A stretch of DNA of 64,000 nt from an uncultured beta proteobacterium (lineage in GTDB: Bacteria > Pseudomonadota > Gammaproteobacteria > Burkholderiales > Burkholderiaceae_C): positions 67,767 to 131,766 of the forward strand of contig CAVVSC010000010.1 of assembly GCA_963750785.1 (NCBI GenBank). Reading direction: 5' to 3'. Positions 30,343 to 38,898 of this stretch are shown here, in pieces. The notes below the pieces were generated by a model. It saw only the letters and a list, made by a program, of their open reading frames with translations. It searched no databases and was not told the origin of the DNA. Position 1 is the first letter of the stretch. The number at the start of each line of letters is the position of its first letter. The position numbers and the translations under genes are program-made.

Positions 30343-31796
30343 AGGACCGGTTCGCCGTTGTCACGCTTGTCGGCCGCGTGGTGGTCTTGTTTTCGCTGCT
30401 GATGTGCGTTCCCTTGGGCTTTGCCTTCTGGCGCCAGGATGCGGCACAGACTGCGTTCATCCAGTCCATAGTCTTCAGCCTGGTTCTCGGTCTGGCCACC
30501 GGCTTCACGACGCGCCGCCCCAAGCGCGAATTGCAGTTGCAGGACGGCTTCATCCTGGTGGTGCTGACCTGGGTTGCCTTGCCGGGCATTGGCTCGCTGC
30601 CCCTGTGGCTGGCGATTCCGGGCCTGTCGTTCACCGACGCCTACTTCGAGGCGATGTCGGGCTTCACCACCACCGGCGCCACGGTGCTGGCTCATCTGGA
30701 CACGCTGCCCGTCTCGATCAACGTGTGGCGCTGCTTCATGTCCTTCATCGGAGGCTTGGGCATCATCGTGCTGGCCGTGGCCATCCTGCCGCTCTTGGGT
30801 GTCGGCGGCACGCAGATGTTCAAGGCAGAGTCCGCAGGCCCGATGAAAGACACCAAGCTGACGCCGCGGATCTCAGAAACGGCGCGCGGCCTGTGGGGCG
30901 TCTACTTCGGTGCCGCGCTGCTGTGTTTCATCGCTTTTCGCGCAGCGGGCATGAGCTGGGACGATGCCTTCATGCACATGTGCACGACCCTGAGCGCAGG
31001 AGGCTTCTCTCCCTATGACGCCAGTTTTGCCCACTGGAATTCACCCTTGATCGAGGCCGTGGCCACGTTCTTCATGCTGGCCGCAGGCGCGAGTTGGGCG
31101 CTGTACTTTGTCGCCTTGCGCCAGGGCTCGCTGCGGGTGCTTTGGAAGAACGTGGAATTGCGCGCCTATCTGGGCACCGTCGCGGCGACGGTCCTGGTGG
31201 TGGCGGTGTATCTGCACGTCAAGGACGTGTATCCAGACTTCCTCACTGCGCTGCGGCACGCTTCGTTCCACGTGGTTTCGATTGCGACGACCACCGGCTT
31301 TGCCAGCACCGACTACGCCCAATGGCCTGCGTTTGCGCCCTGGCTGATGCTGCTGGTCGGTTGTTTCGCAACCTGCGCCGGGTCCACTGGTGGCGGTGTC
31401 AAGATGGTCCGAATGCTCTTGCTGCTCAAGCAGTCCAAGCGCGAACTGGTCCGGATCGTGCACCCGAATGTCGTCAACCCGGTGGTGCTGGCAGGGGAAC
31501 TGGTGCCGCCGCGTGTCATGCAAAGCGTCATCGCCTTCATGATGATGTACGGCGCCACCTTGGTGGGCCTGACGATGCTGCTGCTGTTCAGCGGCCTGGA
31601 CGTGGAAACCGCCTTCACGGCGATCCTGGCCTGCCTCAACAACATCGGACCTGGGCTTGGCCGCGTGGGCCCTGCCGCAAACTTCGGCGGCCTGAGTGAT
31701 TTCCAGACCTGGACCTGCTCAGCGGCGATGCTGCTGGGCCGGCTCGAACTGCTGTCCGTGCTGGTCCTGTTCACGCCCCAGTTCTGGCGCCGTTGA
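30339..31796 (+). CDS. trkH: Trk K+ uptake membrane subunit
   Basis: FEAMSGFTTTG, TTTGFAS, GSTGGGVK, NNIGPGLG and LGRLE pore motifs. Confidence 0.93.
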   Translation: MKDRFAVVTLVGRVVVLFSLLMCVPLGFAFWRQDAAQTAFIQSIVFSLVLGLATGFTTRRPKRELQLQDGFILVVLTWVALPGIGSLPLWLAIPGLSFTDAYFEAMSGFTTTGATVLAHLDTLPVSINVWRCFMSFIGGLGIIVLAVAILPLLGVGGTQMFKAESAGPMKDTKLTPRISETARGLWGVYFGAALLCFIAFRAAGMSWDDAFMHMCTTLSAGGFSPYDASFAHWNSPLIEAVATFFMLAAGASWALYFVALRQGSLRVLWKNVELRAYLGTVAATVLVVAVYLHVKDVYPDFLTALRHASFHVVSIATTTGFASTDYAQWPAFAPWLMLLVGCFATCAGSTGGGVKMVRMLLLLKQSKRELVRIVHPNVVNPVVLAGELVPPRVMQSVIAFMMMYGATLVGLTMLLLFSGLDVETAFTAILACLNNIGPGLGRVGPAANFGGLSDFQTWTCSAAMLLGRLELLSVLVLFTPQFWRR

Positions 31797-31816
31797 ATGT
31801 CCAGGTTCTGCTGCGC

Positions 31817-32473
31817 TCACTCGTCAAAGTCGTTCAGGATGTCGTCGAGTTCCAACGAGGCTGGCTTGATGTACCTGGCCAGTGCGTCGCCCAGGCGGGC
31901 TTGCATGGCGGCGAACTTCTGCGGGTCCCTGCGTCTCAGGCCATTGACGTCCTTGTAGACCAGATCGTGTTCGATCTCGGCCCAGGCGTGGCGCAGCACC
32001 GTCGTCACCTGGATCTCGCCTTTCAACCCAGCGAAGCGCTTGTACTCGCTGAGTTGAAGACGCCTGGGGCCAAACGAGATCACGATGTGCATCGCGTCGT
32101 AGCCCCCGAGGGTCTTGCGCTCTTCGAAGTGCATCTCACCGCTGATCTCGCTGGCTATGGCATCCAGGAAGCGCCGCTTGCTTCGCTCTGAATAGAAGAT
32201 GACGCGCAGGCCGACGAGATCCTCGACCTCGTCGAGCACCGAATAGCAGACGCCGCTTGCTGCCTTGCGCGCCAGCTTCTCGCGCAGGCCATCCAATGAC
32301 TTGGTTCTGCAGGCGATCTGGTACCGAACCCCGGACTGCTGAAGAAGCAGGTCCACCAGCTTGTAGACCGCAGCCGCAAAGTCTTCATAGAGGTGACGTT
32401 TGCTGCCATAGGCCGCAACCAGGCGGTCGTTGTCGGCCGTGTCACCAGGCAGTTGTCCGGAGTCGAAAGACAT
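31817..32473 (-). CDS. Stand-alone RelA/SpoT nucleotidyltransferase-domain protein (small alarmone synthetase-like)
   Basis: RTKS, EDLVGLRVI, GYDAMH and EIQVTTVLRHAWAEIEHDLVYK; 218 aa with no hydrolase, TGS or ACT domain. Confidence 0.85.
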   Translation of the reverse strand: MSFDSGQLPGDTADNDRLVAAYGSKRHLYEDFAAAVYKLVDLLLQQSGVRYQIACRTKSLDGLREKLARKAASGVCYSVLDEVEDLVGLRVIFYSERSKRRFLDAIASEISGEMHFEERKTLGGYDAMHIVISFGPRRLQLSEYKRFAGLKGEIQVTTVLRHAWAEIEHDLVYKDVNGLRRRDPQKFAAMQARLGDALARYIKPASLELDDILNDFDE

Positions 32474-32744
32474 CGAGCAATCTCCTCAGCAGGTGTAGGC
32501 CCCGCGTCGGCCGCGTCACTGCACGGCGCGTTCGCCAATCGATCAGCCAAGCGACGAATCAGAGCAATGCGAATGACCTGGGGAAGCCCCGTGCATCATC
32601 CGCTGGCTTGGCTGGTACCTCTGGACCTTTGATAGGTCCAAGACGACTGGCCCGCGTGCCTGGAGTGTGCTCAGTGGCGACCAGGTGCCAAGGGACGATG
32701 CTCACCTCGGCGGTACGCGCCGCTTGTCGTGGCGGCGCGTGTCT

Positions 32745-32821
32745 TGGGGTGGCTGATGGGACTCGAACCCACGACGACCAGAATCACAATCTGGGACTCT
32801 ACCAACTGAGCTACAGCCACC
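32745..32821 (-). tRNA. tRNA-His (GTG), includes G-1 and encoded CCA
   Basis: Reverse complement GGTGGCTGTAGCTCAGTTGGTAGAG...ATTGTGATT...GGTTCGAGTCCCATCAGCCACCCCA. Confidence 0.97.
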
Positions 32822-32850
32822 GCAGAGCCGGAAATTATAGCTGTTTTGTA

Positions 32851-34764
32851 TCAGCGGGCCGGTGCAGAGGCCGCGTCGGGCAGCGTGGCCACGTCGGCCT
32901 TCACTTCCGCTTTGAAGCGCTTCTTCAATGCGGCCAGGTAGGCGTCGCCTTCCGCACGGGCCCAGGCCTGGCCGAACTGCGAACGCAATGCGTCGTCGCC
33001 ACCCGGTACGTCTTCGCGCGGCAGCACTTGCGACACGCGCAGCACCACGTAGCCCTGGTCCTTCAGGTCCACACCCACCACCACCGGCAACTTGCTCGCG
33101 TCAGCGCGCAGCGCGGCTTCCAGCACCTGGCGGGGCAGGCCTTCAGGCTTCACGCGTGAAACCACCTTGGTTTCAGGCAAGGATTCAGTGGGCGACGCCT
33201 TCACGGCGGCCAGGCGGGCTTCACCGTCCTTGTGGGCATGCTCGGCCGCCCGGCGGGCGATCAGGCCATTGCGCACCTGCTCCTTCACATCGGCCAGGGG
33301 CAGCACACGGGCTGGCAGGTGCTTCACCACACGGGCGGAGATGAGCTGATTGGGCGCAACCTCGATCGCGTCGGTGTTGCGCTTGTTGGCCACAGCTTCG
33401 GTGCCGAAGACCGCGTCCAGGAACTTGGTCGACCCCAGCGGGCCCGTCGCGCCCGGCGCCGGGTTGCGCAAGACCGTGGCAGTCTTCTTGTCGAGCTTCA
33501 GCTTGTCAATGACAGGCTGAAGGCTGTCGGACTGCTCATAGACGGTGTTGGTGAAGGTCTCGGCCACCTTCGCCCATTCGGTCTTGGCGCGCGCCTTGCG
33601 CACTTCGGCTTCCAGTTCAGCACGCACGTCTTCAAAGGGCTTCTTCTGCCCGCCCTTCACGCCGGTCACCATCAGGAAGTGGAAGCCGAAGTCGGTTTCG
33701 AAGACGTCGCTGATCTCGCCTTGCTTGAGCGTGAACGCAGCAGTTTCGAAGGGCTTGACCATGGAGCCGCGGCCAAAGAAGTCCAGGTCGCCGCCCTGCG
33801 CAGCCGAGCCCGGGTCTTGCGAATTCTTGCGCGCCACATCGGCAAACGTGGCAGGCGCCTTGCGCACTTGCGCCAGGAGTTCCTCGGCGCGCGCCTTGGC
33901 CTTGGCCTTGTCGGCAGCGGGTGCGTCCTTTTCAAGCTTGATCAGCACGTGGCTGGCGCGGCGCTCCTCGGGCGTGGTGTAACGCGCGGCGTTGTCGGCG
34001 TAGCTTTTGCGCAGTTCGTCTTCGGTGACGGTGATGCCTTTGCCGATGGTGTCGAAGTCCAGCATCACGTATTCAATGTCTGCCTGCTCGGGCGCCTTGA
34101 AGGACGCTTGTTCCGACTTGTAGAACGCCTCCAGGTCCGCATCCGTGACCTGGACTGCCGCACGGTAGGAGGCGGGGTCGAAGCGCTGGAACTGCAGTTC
34201 ACGGCGCTGCAGCAGCGGGTCCAGTGTGGCGGCCGCGATGGCCCTGGGCGTGACCGAGGTGGTGACGATGCCACCCATCACCTGCTGCACCGCGTACTGC
34301 TGGCGCAGCTGTTGCGCGAACTGATCGGCACTCAAGCCCTGCATGGCGAGCAATTCGCGGTTGACGCTGCCATCCGGATTGCGCAATGTCTGGAACTGCG
34401 GGTCGGTTGCAAACAGCCGGCGCAGGCGGTCGTCACTGGGTGCCAGGTGCATCTTGGTGGCCGCAGCAATCATCACGCGCTCACGCATCAGGCCTTCCAA
34501 CGTTTCGTGCCGGGCTTCGGGCGAATCCAGGCTCTTGTTGTCCAGTTCCGGGTTCTGGCGCCGCGCACGGTCCATGGCACGCTGGTGCACGTTTTCCCAT
34601 TCGGCGCGGGTGATGGACACACCGTCGACCTTGGCCACCGTCGTGTTGCCGCCGCCCGTGAAGCGTGCGTAGCCGTCGATCCCGAAGAAGATGAAGGACG
34701 GGATGATCAGCAGCAGCATGAAGCCCAGCGCCAGCCGGGTGTGGTTGCGCACGAAATCGAACAT
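32851..34764 (-). CDS. ppiD: PpiD periplasmic chaperone / parvulin PPIase (SurA N-domain)
   Basis: N-terminal TM anchor MFDFVRNH...FIFFG; rotamase domain ASHVLI...[16 protein letters not shown]...TDFGFH. Confidence 0.88.
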   Translation of the reverse strand: MFDFVRNHTRLALGFMLLLIIPSFIFFGIDGYARFTGGGNTTVAKVDGVSITRAEWENVHQRAMDRARRQNPELDNKSLDSPEARHETLEGLMRERVMIAAATKMHLAPSDDRLRRLFATDPQFQTLRNPDGSVNRELLAMQGLSADQFAQQLRQQYAVQQVMGGIVTTSVTPRAIAAATLDPLLQRRELQFQRFDPASYRAAVQVTDADLEAFYKSEQASFKAPEQADIEYVMLDFDTIGKGITVTEDELRKSYADNAARYTTPEERRASHVLIKLEKDAPAADKAKAKARAEELLAQVRKAPATFADVARKNSQDPGSAAQGGDLDFFGRGSMVKPFETAAFTLKQGEISDVFETDFGFHFLMVTGVKGGQKKPFEDVRAELEAEVRKARAKTEWAKVAETFTNTVYEQSDSLQPVIDKLKLDKKTATVLRNPAPGATGPLGSTKFLDAVFGTEAVANKRNTDAIEVAPNQLISARVVKHLPARVLPLADVKEQVRNGLIARRAAEHAHKDGEARLAAVKASPTESLPETKVVSRVKPEGLPRQVLEAALRADASKLPVVVGVDLKDQGYVVLRVSQVLPREDVPGGDDALRSQFGQAWARAEGDAYLAALKKRFKAEVKADVATLPDAASAPAR

Positions 34765-34882
34765 GGGAAATGGACCTCAGGGATCTCTGGAAGGGGCAAC
34801 GCAGCGCAAGGGCGCGCACGCGCCCGCGCAAGGCAGCCCGCGATTCTAAGCGGTGAGGCCGCCAGGCTTGACTGGGCCGGGG

Positions 34883-34958
34883 TGGTGGGTGCTGACGGGC
34901 TCGAACCGCCGACCTACGCCTTGTAAGGGCGCCGCTCTACCAACTGAGCTAAGCACCC
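34883..34958 (-). tRNA. tRNA-Val (TAC)
   Basis: Reverse complement GGGTGCTTAGCTCAGTTGGTAGAGCG...CTTACAA...GGTTCGAGCCCGTCAGCACCCACCA; 76 nt. Confidence 0.97.
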
Positions 34959-34980
34959 GGCCTTGAAGCAGCAAGCGGAC

Positions 34981-35005
34981 GTCGGCGCGCTTGCCGCGCG
35001 CCGAC
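34981..35005. other. 10-bp GC hairpin between hupB and tRNA-Val
   Basis: GTCGGCGCGC-TTGCC-GCGCGCCGAC; no U-tract, so possibly a processing or stabilising stem. Confidence 0.45.
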
Positions 35006-35014
35006 CGGGCAAGA

Positions 35015-35284
35015 CTACAGCGCGTCGCGCAAGCCCTTGCCGGGGCGGAACTTGGGCACCTTGGCGGCCTTGATCTTGATGGCGTCGCCGGTGCGGGGGT
35101 TGCGGCCTGTGCGGGCTGCGCGCTTGGTCACCGTGAAGGTGCCGAAACCGGGGATGGTGACCGAGCCGCCCTTCTTCAAGGTGGTCCTGACCGCACCAAT
35201 CACGGCCTCGAGTGAACGACCGGCGGCCGCCTTGGAAATGTCGGCCTGTTTGGCGATGTGTTCGATCAGTTCACTCTTGTTCAC
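35015..35284 (-). CDS. hupB: DNA-binding protein HU
   Basis: GTG start; NKSELI...GFGTF...[12 protein letters not shown]...VPKFRPGK. Confidence 0.92.
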   Translation of the reverse strand: MNKSELIEHIAKQADISKAAAGRSLEAVIGAVRTTLKKGGSVTIPGFGTFTVTKRAARTGRNPRTGDAIKIKAAKVPKFRPGKGLRDAL

Positions 35285-35498
35285 GTCGCGGTTCCCTCTC
35301 AAGATGTTTCGAATTCGTATCCGGCTCAAAGCCCTGTTCTTGTTGGGCTACCGGGCCATCGGATCATTACATCGCCGGGCCTGAATCAGTGTCAAGCGGA
35401 GGCGGGATTCTAGGCGTATCCGTCCCTCGCTCGAGGGATGCCTGCGCCTCCTCGTCATCGTGATTCCACGCTTGACAAGGCCCTTGTCCAGGCCTAGT

Positions 35499-36617
35499 TC
35501 AGGCACCCGAGGACAGGGGTGCACGCGCCACCGCTTCCGCCAATGCGCGGCCCAGATCGGCCGTGCCGGCCGTGCCGCCCAGGTCCCGCGTTCTGGGCGC
35601 GTGAGGGTCGGCCAGCAGGCTCTCGATGCTGGCCATCACCAGGTCGTGCGCCGCGCGGTGGCCCAGGAAGTCCAGCATCATCGCGGCCGACCAGGCTTGG
35701 CCGATCGGATTGGCGATGCCTTGACCTGCAATGTCGGGCGCCGAGCCATGCACGGGCTCGAACAGGCTCGGCCATTGCCGGGTTGGGTTGAGGTTGGCCG
35801 AGGGCGCAATGCCAATGGTGCCGGTGCATGCCGGCCCCAGGTCGGACAGGATGTCGCCGAACAGGTTGCTGGCCACTACCACGTCGAAGTGCTGCGGTCG
35901 CTGCACGAAGTGCGCGGTCAGGATGTCGATGTGGAATTGGTCCACGCTGACCTGCGGGTAGGCAGCGGACATCGCTTTCACGCGCTCGTCCCAATACGGC
36001 ATGGTGATGCTGATGCCATTGCTCTTGGTGGCCGATGTGAGCTTGCGGCGCGGGCGCTGGGCGGCCAGTTCGAACGCGAACTTCAGCACCCGGTCCACGC
36101 CGTGGCGTGAGAAGGTGCTCTGCTGCGTCACGACTTCCCGGTCCGTGCCTTCGAACATGCGGCCGCCGATGCTGGAGTACTCGCCTTCGGTGTTTTCGCG
36201 CACGATCCACATGTCGATCTCGCCCGGCTTCAAGGCCTGACCCTGGCGGTTGACCAGCGGGGAATGGATGCCGGGCATCAGCCGGGCCGGTCGCAGATTG
36301 ATGTACTGGTCAAAGTCGCGACGGAACTTGATCAGGCTGCCCCACAGCGACACGTGGTCCGGCACGGTCGCCGGCCAGCCGACAGCGCCAAAGAAGATGG
36401 CTTCGTGCCCGCCAATCCGGTCCTTCCAGTCGGCCGGCATCATCTCGCCGTGTTGGGCGTAGTAGTCGCAACTGGCGAAGTCAAAGTGGTCCAGTTGCAG
36501 GTTGATGCCGTAGCGACTCGCGGCGGCTTCCAGCACGCGCAGGCCTTCGGGCATGGTCTCCTTGCCGATGCCATCGCCAGGAATGACCGCAATGCGGTGT
36601 GTGTGAACGGGGCTCAT
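35499..36617 (-). CDS. Tartrate dehydrogenase / D-malate dehydrogenase (decarboxylating), IDH/IPMDH family
   Basis: IPGDGIGKE, FGAVGWP, VRENTEGEYS, TSATKSNGI, NLFGDILSDL and FEPVHGSAPDIAG. Confidence 0.88.
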   Translation of the reverse strand: MSPVHTHRIAVIPGDGIGKETMPEGLRVLEAAASRYGINLQLDHFDFASCDYYAQHGEMMPADWKDRIGGHEAIFFGAVGWPATVPDHVSLWGSLIKFRRDFDQYINLRPARLMPGIHSPLVNRQGQALKPGEIDMWIVRENTEGEYSSIGGRMFEGTDREVVTQQSTFSRHGVDRVLKFAFELAAQRPRRKLTSATKSNGISITMPYWDERVKAMSAAYPQVSVDQFHIDILTAHFVQRPQHFDVVVASNLFGDILSDLGPACTGTIGIAPSANLNPTRQWPSLFEPVHGSAPDIAGQGIANPIGQAWSAAMMLDFLGHRAAHDLVMASIESLLADPHAPRTRDLGGTAGTADLGRALAEAVARAPLSSGA

Positions 36618-37510
36618 GAAATCTCCTTGGTAGGTGCAGGCGCACGCACGACGAGTGCCACACCCACGGCGGTGAGTGCAATGCCGGCCAGCACGCCCGG
36701 CCCGAGTGCCTCGCGGAACAGGACCCAGGCCATCAGGGCCGTGGTGGGCGGCACCAGGTACATCAGGCTGGTGACGGACGTGGCCGCGCCCCGCTGAATC
36801 AGGATGTACAGCAAAGAGCTGCCGCCCAGCGTCAAGCCCAGCACCGACCAGATCATCGCGCCGACGAGTTGCGGGTGCATCACGATGGGCTCTGCTTCGA
36901 AGAGCGCCAGTGGCGCCGTCACCAGCAAGGCGGCGAGCAACTGCACGGTGTTGGCGGTGCGCACGTCGCAAGGCAGCACCCAGCGCTTCTGGTACAGCGT
37001 GCCGGCGGTGATGCTCAAGAGCGCCGCCACGCCGGCCGCCACGCTGATGCCATTGGCCTCGCCCACACCCAGCTTGTGCCAGACGACCAGCATCAGGCCC
37101 GCCAGGCCCAGAAGCAGGCCCAGCCACTGGCGTGGCGCCACGCGGTGTTGCGCGCCCTGCGCGCTCATCCAGATGGCGGTGAGGATCGGCTGCAGGCCCA
37201 CGATCAGGGCTGCCAGTCCGGCGCCGAGCCCCAGCTTCACGGCCACCCAGACACCTCCCAGGTAGCCGGCGTGCATGAAGATGCCCGTGACGCCCAGGTG
37301 CAGCCACTGCGAACGGTCGCGTGGCCAAGGCACGCGCGCCCAGGCGATCCACGCGCCAAAGCACACGGCTGACAGCGCATAGCGGATGCTCAGGAAACTG
37401 AGTGGCGGCGCATGCGGCATGCCGTAGCGCGCGACGATGAACCCCGTGCTCCAGATCAGCACAAACACGCCCGGCATGGCCCGTAGCAGGGCCGCTCGTT
37501 GTTCGTTCAA
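36614..37510 (-). CDS. DMT/EamA transporter
   Basis: 10 TM in two EamA repeats; FVLIWSTGFI; YLVPP. Confidence 0.88.
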   Translation of the reverse strand: MNEQRAALLRAMPGVFVLIWSTGFIVARYGMPHAPPLSFLSIRYALSAVCFGAWIAWARVPWPRDRSQWLHLGVTGIFMHAGYLGGVWVAVKLGLGAGLAALIVGLQPILTAIWMSAQGAQHRVAPRQWLGLLLGLAGLMLVVWHKLGVGEANGISVAAGVAALLSITAGTLYQKRWVLPCDVRTANTVQLLAALLVTAPLALFEAEPIVMHPQLVGAMIWSVLGLTLGGSSLLYILIQRGAATSVTSLMYLVPPTTALMAWVLFREALGPGVLAGIALTAVGVALVVRAPAPTKEIS

Positions 37511-37532
37511 CAGGAAGTTCCCAGCTGCACCT

Positions 37533-38099
37533 TCAACGGGTCTTGGCGCGGATTTCGGGGATCGCCTTGCGCAGGTAGTACGCCATGGACCACACCGTGA
37601 GCACGGCAGCCACCCAGATCAGGACCGTGCCCCACAGGCGTGTGTCGATGCGGCCAAAGAGGGCGCCGTCATACAGGAGGAAGGGGATGGCGATCATCTG
37701 CGAAGCCGTTTTCAGCTTGCCCAGCATGTGCACAGCCACGCTGCGGCTGGCGCCGATGGTGGCCATCCACTCCCGCAACGCGGAAATGGCGATTTCCCGG
37801 CCGATGATGATCAGGGCCACCAGCGGGTCGACGCGGCCATGGCCCAGCAACACCAGCAACGCTGCGCAGATCAGGAACTTGTCGGCGACCGGGTCCAGGA
37901 AGGCGCCGAAGGCCGAAGTCTGGTTCAGTCTGCGCGCCAGGTAACCATCCAACCAGTCGGTCAGCGCGAACAACACGAACATGGCCGTGGCGACCAGGTT
38001 CTTGGTGGGCAGCGGCCAGCTCAGGTAGTACACGCCGATGATCAGCGGGATCGCGGCGATGCGGGCCCAGGTCAGCAGCGTGGGGATGGTCAGGAACAT
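37533..38099 (-). CDS. pgsA: CDP-diacylglycerol--glycerol-3-phosphate 3-phosphatidyltransferase
   Basis: TDWLDGYLARR...GAFLDPVADK; IIGREIAISALREW. Confidence 0.95.
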   Translation of the reverse strand: MFLTIPTLLTWARIAAIPLIIGVYYLSWPLPTKNLVATAMFVLFALTDWLDGYLARRLNQTSAFGAFLDPVADKFLICAALLVLLGHGRVDPLVALIIIGREIAISALREWMATIGASRSVAVHMLGKLKTASQMIAIPFLLYDGALFGRIDTRLWGTVLIWVAAVLTVWSMAYYLRKAIPEIRAKTR

Positions 38100-38143
38100 G
38101 CCGTGAGTTTCGCTGGTTCTGGCCGCGCGCGACGGCATCGACG

Positions 38144-38281
38144 CGTGAAATCGCGTTCGGGCCCTCGTGCAGCACTCGGGTCCTTCCGGACCCTCGGTCC
38201 GCACTCAGCCCGCACACGTGAAATCGCGTTCGGGCCTTCGTGCAGCACTCGGGTCCTTCCGGACCCTCGGTCCGCACTCAG
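38144..38281. repeat. Tandem direct repeat, 2 x 65 bp (73-bp period, 1 mismatch), hairpin-forming
   Basis: 38144-38208 and 38217-38281 are identical except CCCTCG/CCTTCG; 8-bp spacer; each copy has GGGTCC-N4-GGACCC. Confidence 0.95.
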
Positions 38282-38898
38282 TCAAGCGACCGCGGCTTGA
38301 ATTGGTTCTTTTCGTTGAACAGGAAGACCTCCGTCCACTTCACGGGCTTGGGCAGCTTGGACAGGTCGCCGTAGGGGGCGCCGCGGCGGATGGCTTCCAT
38401 GGCAATGTCGGTTGTGCCCGCGGCCAGCGCATTGGCTGGCGGCCGCACGACACTGATGTTGCGCACCGTGCCGTCGTTGTTGAGTTCGACTTCCAGGATG
38501 GGAATACCGAACAGCATCTGTGGCGGCTTGCCCATGTAGCTGTGGCGTGGGCTGCCAGTGACCATGCGGCGTGCAGCGATCTTCTTGAACTCGTCCAGGT
38601 TGCGAGCGGCCGGTGCGGGAGCTTGCGCCACGGCCGGGCCCAGGTCCAGCTTCGAAGCTGCCATGGCAGTGGCCGGCGCCGGTGCGGGGGCCATGGGCGC
38701 GGCAGCGGGCGCAGTCGCCGCCGCGACAGGCCGCGGTGCCTGTGCTGCCGGGGCCGGTGCTGGCCGGGCCGCTGGTGCGGGCGCAGCTGCGGGAGCTGGC
38801 GCCGGCGGATTGCCCGCACAGGCGGCCAGCAAGGCCACGGCCGCACTCAAGACGCCAAGGGTTTGGCGGCGTGACGAATTCCTCTCAATGCAACGCAC
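38278..38898 (-). CDS. Pro/Ala-rich lipoprotein with TonB C-terminal-like domain
   Basis: SRRQTL...LLAAC signal; (PA)n linker; [19 protein letters not shown]...[11 protein letters not shown] resembles TonB_C/TolA-C. Confidence 0.65.
   Translation of the reverse strand: MRCIERNSSRRQTLGVLSAAVALLAACAGNPPAPAPAAAPAPAARPAPAPAAQAPRPVAAATAPAAAPMAPAPAPATAMAASKLDLGPAVAQAPAPAARNLDEFKKIAARRMVTGSPRHSYMGKPPQMLFGIPILEVELNNDGTVRNISVVRPPANALAAGTTDIAMEAIRRGAPYGDLSKLPKPVKWTEVFLFNEKNQFKPRSLD

Noticed and set aside
31797-34960. Integrated element or prophage at tRNA-His or tRNA-Val
   Set aside because: No integrase, and I could not find a duplicated tRNA 3' end (att site) in the window. Only the single SAS gene looks accessory.
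35423-35488. Short palindromes TCCCTCG-CT-CGAGGGA and GACAAGG-C-CCTTGTC upstream of hupB
   Set aside because: Seven-bp arms with no U-tract or recognisable consensus; plausibly chance or ordinary promoter/terminator structure.
38144-38281. CRISPR mini-array or SRP (4.5S) RNA reading of the repeat; GGTCCGGAAGGA resembles SRP domain IV
   Set aside because: A 65-bp repeat with an 8-bp spacer does not fit CRISPR geometry and there are no cas genes. The SRP AGCAG internal-loop strand is missing.
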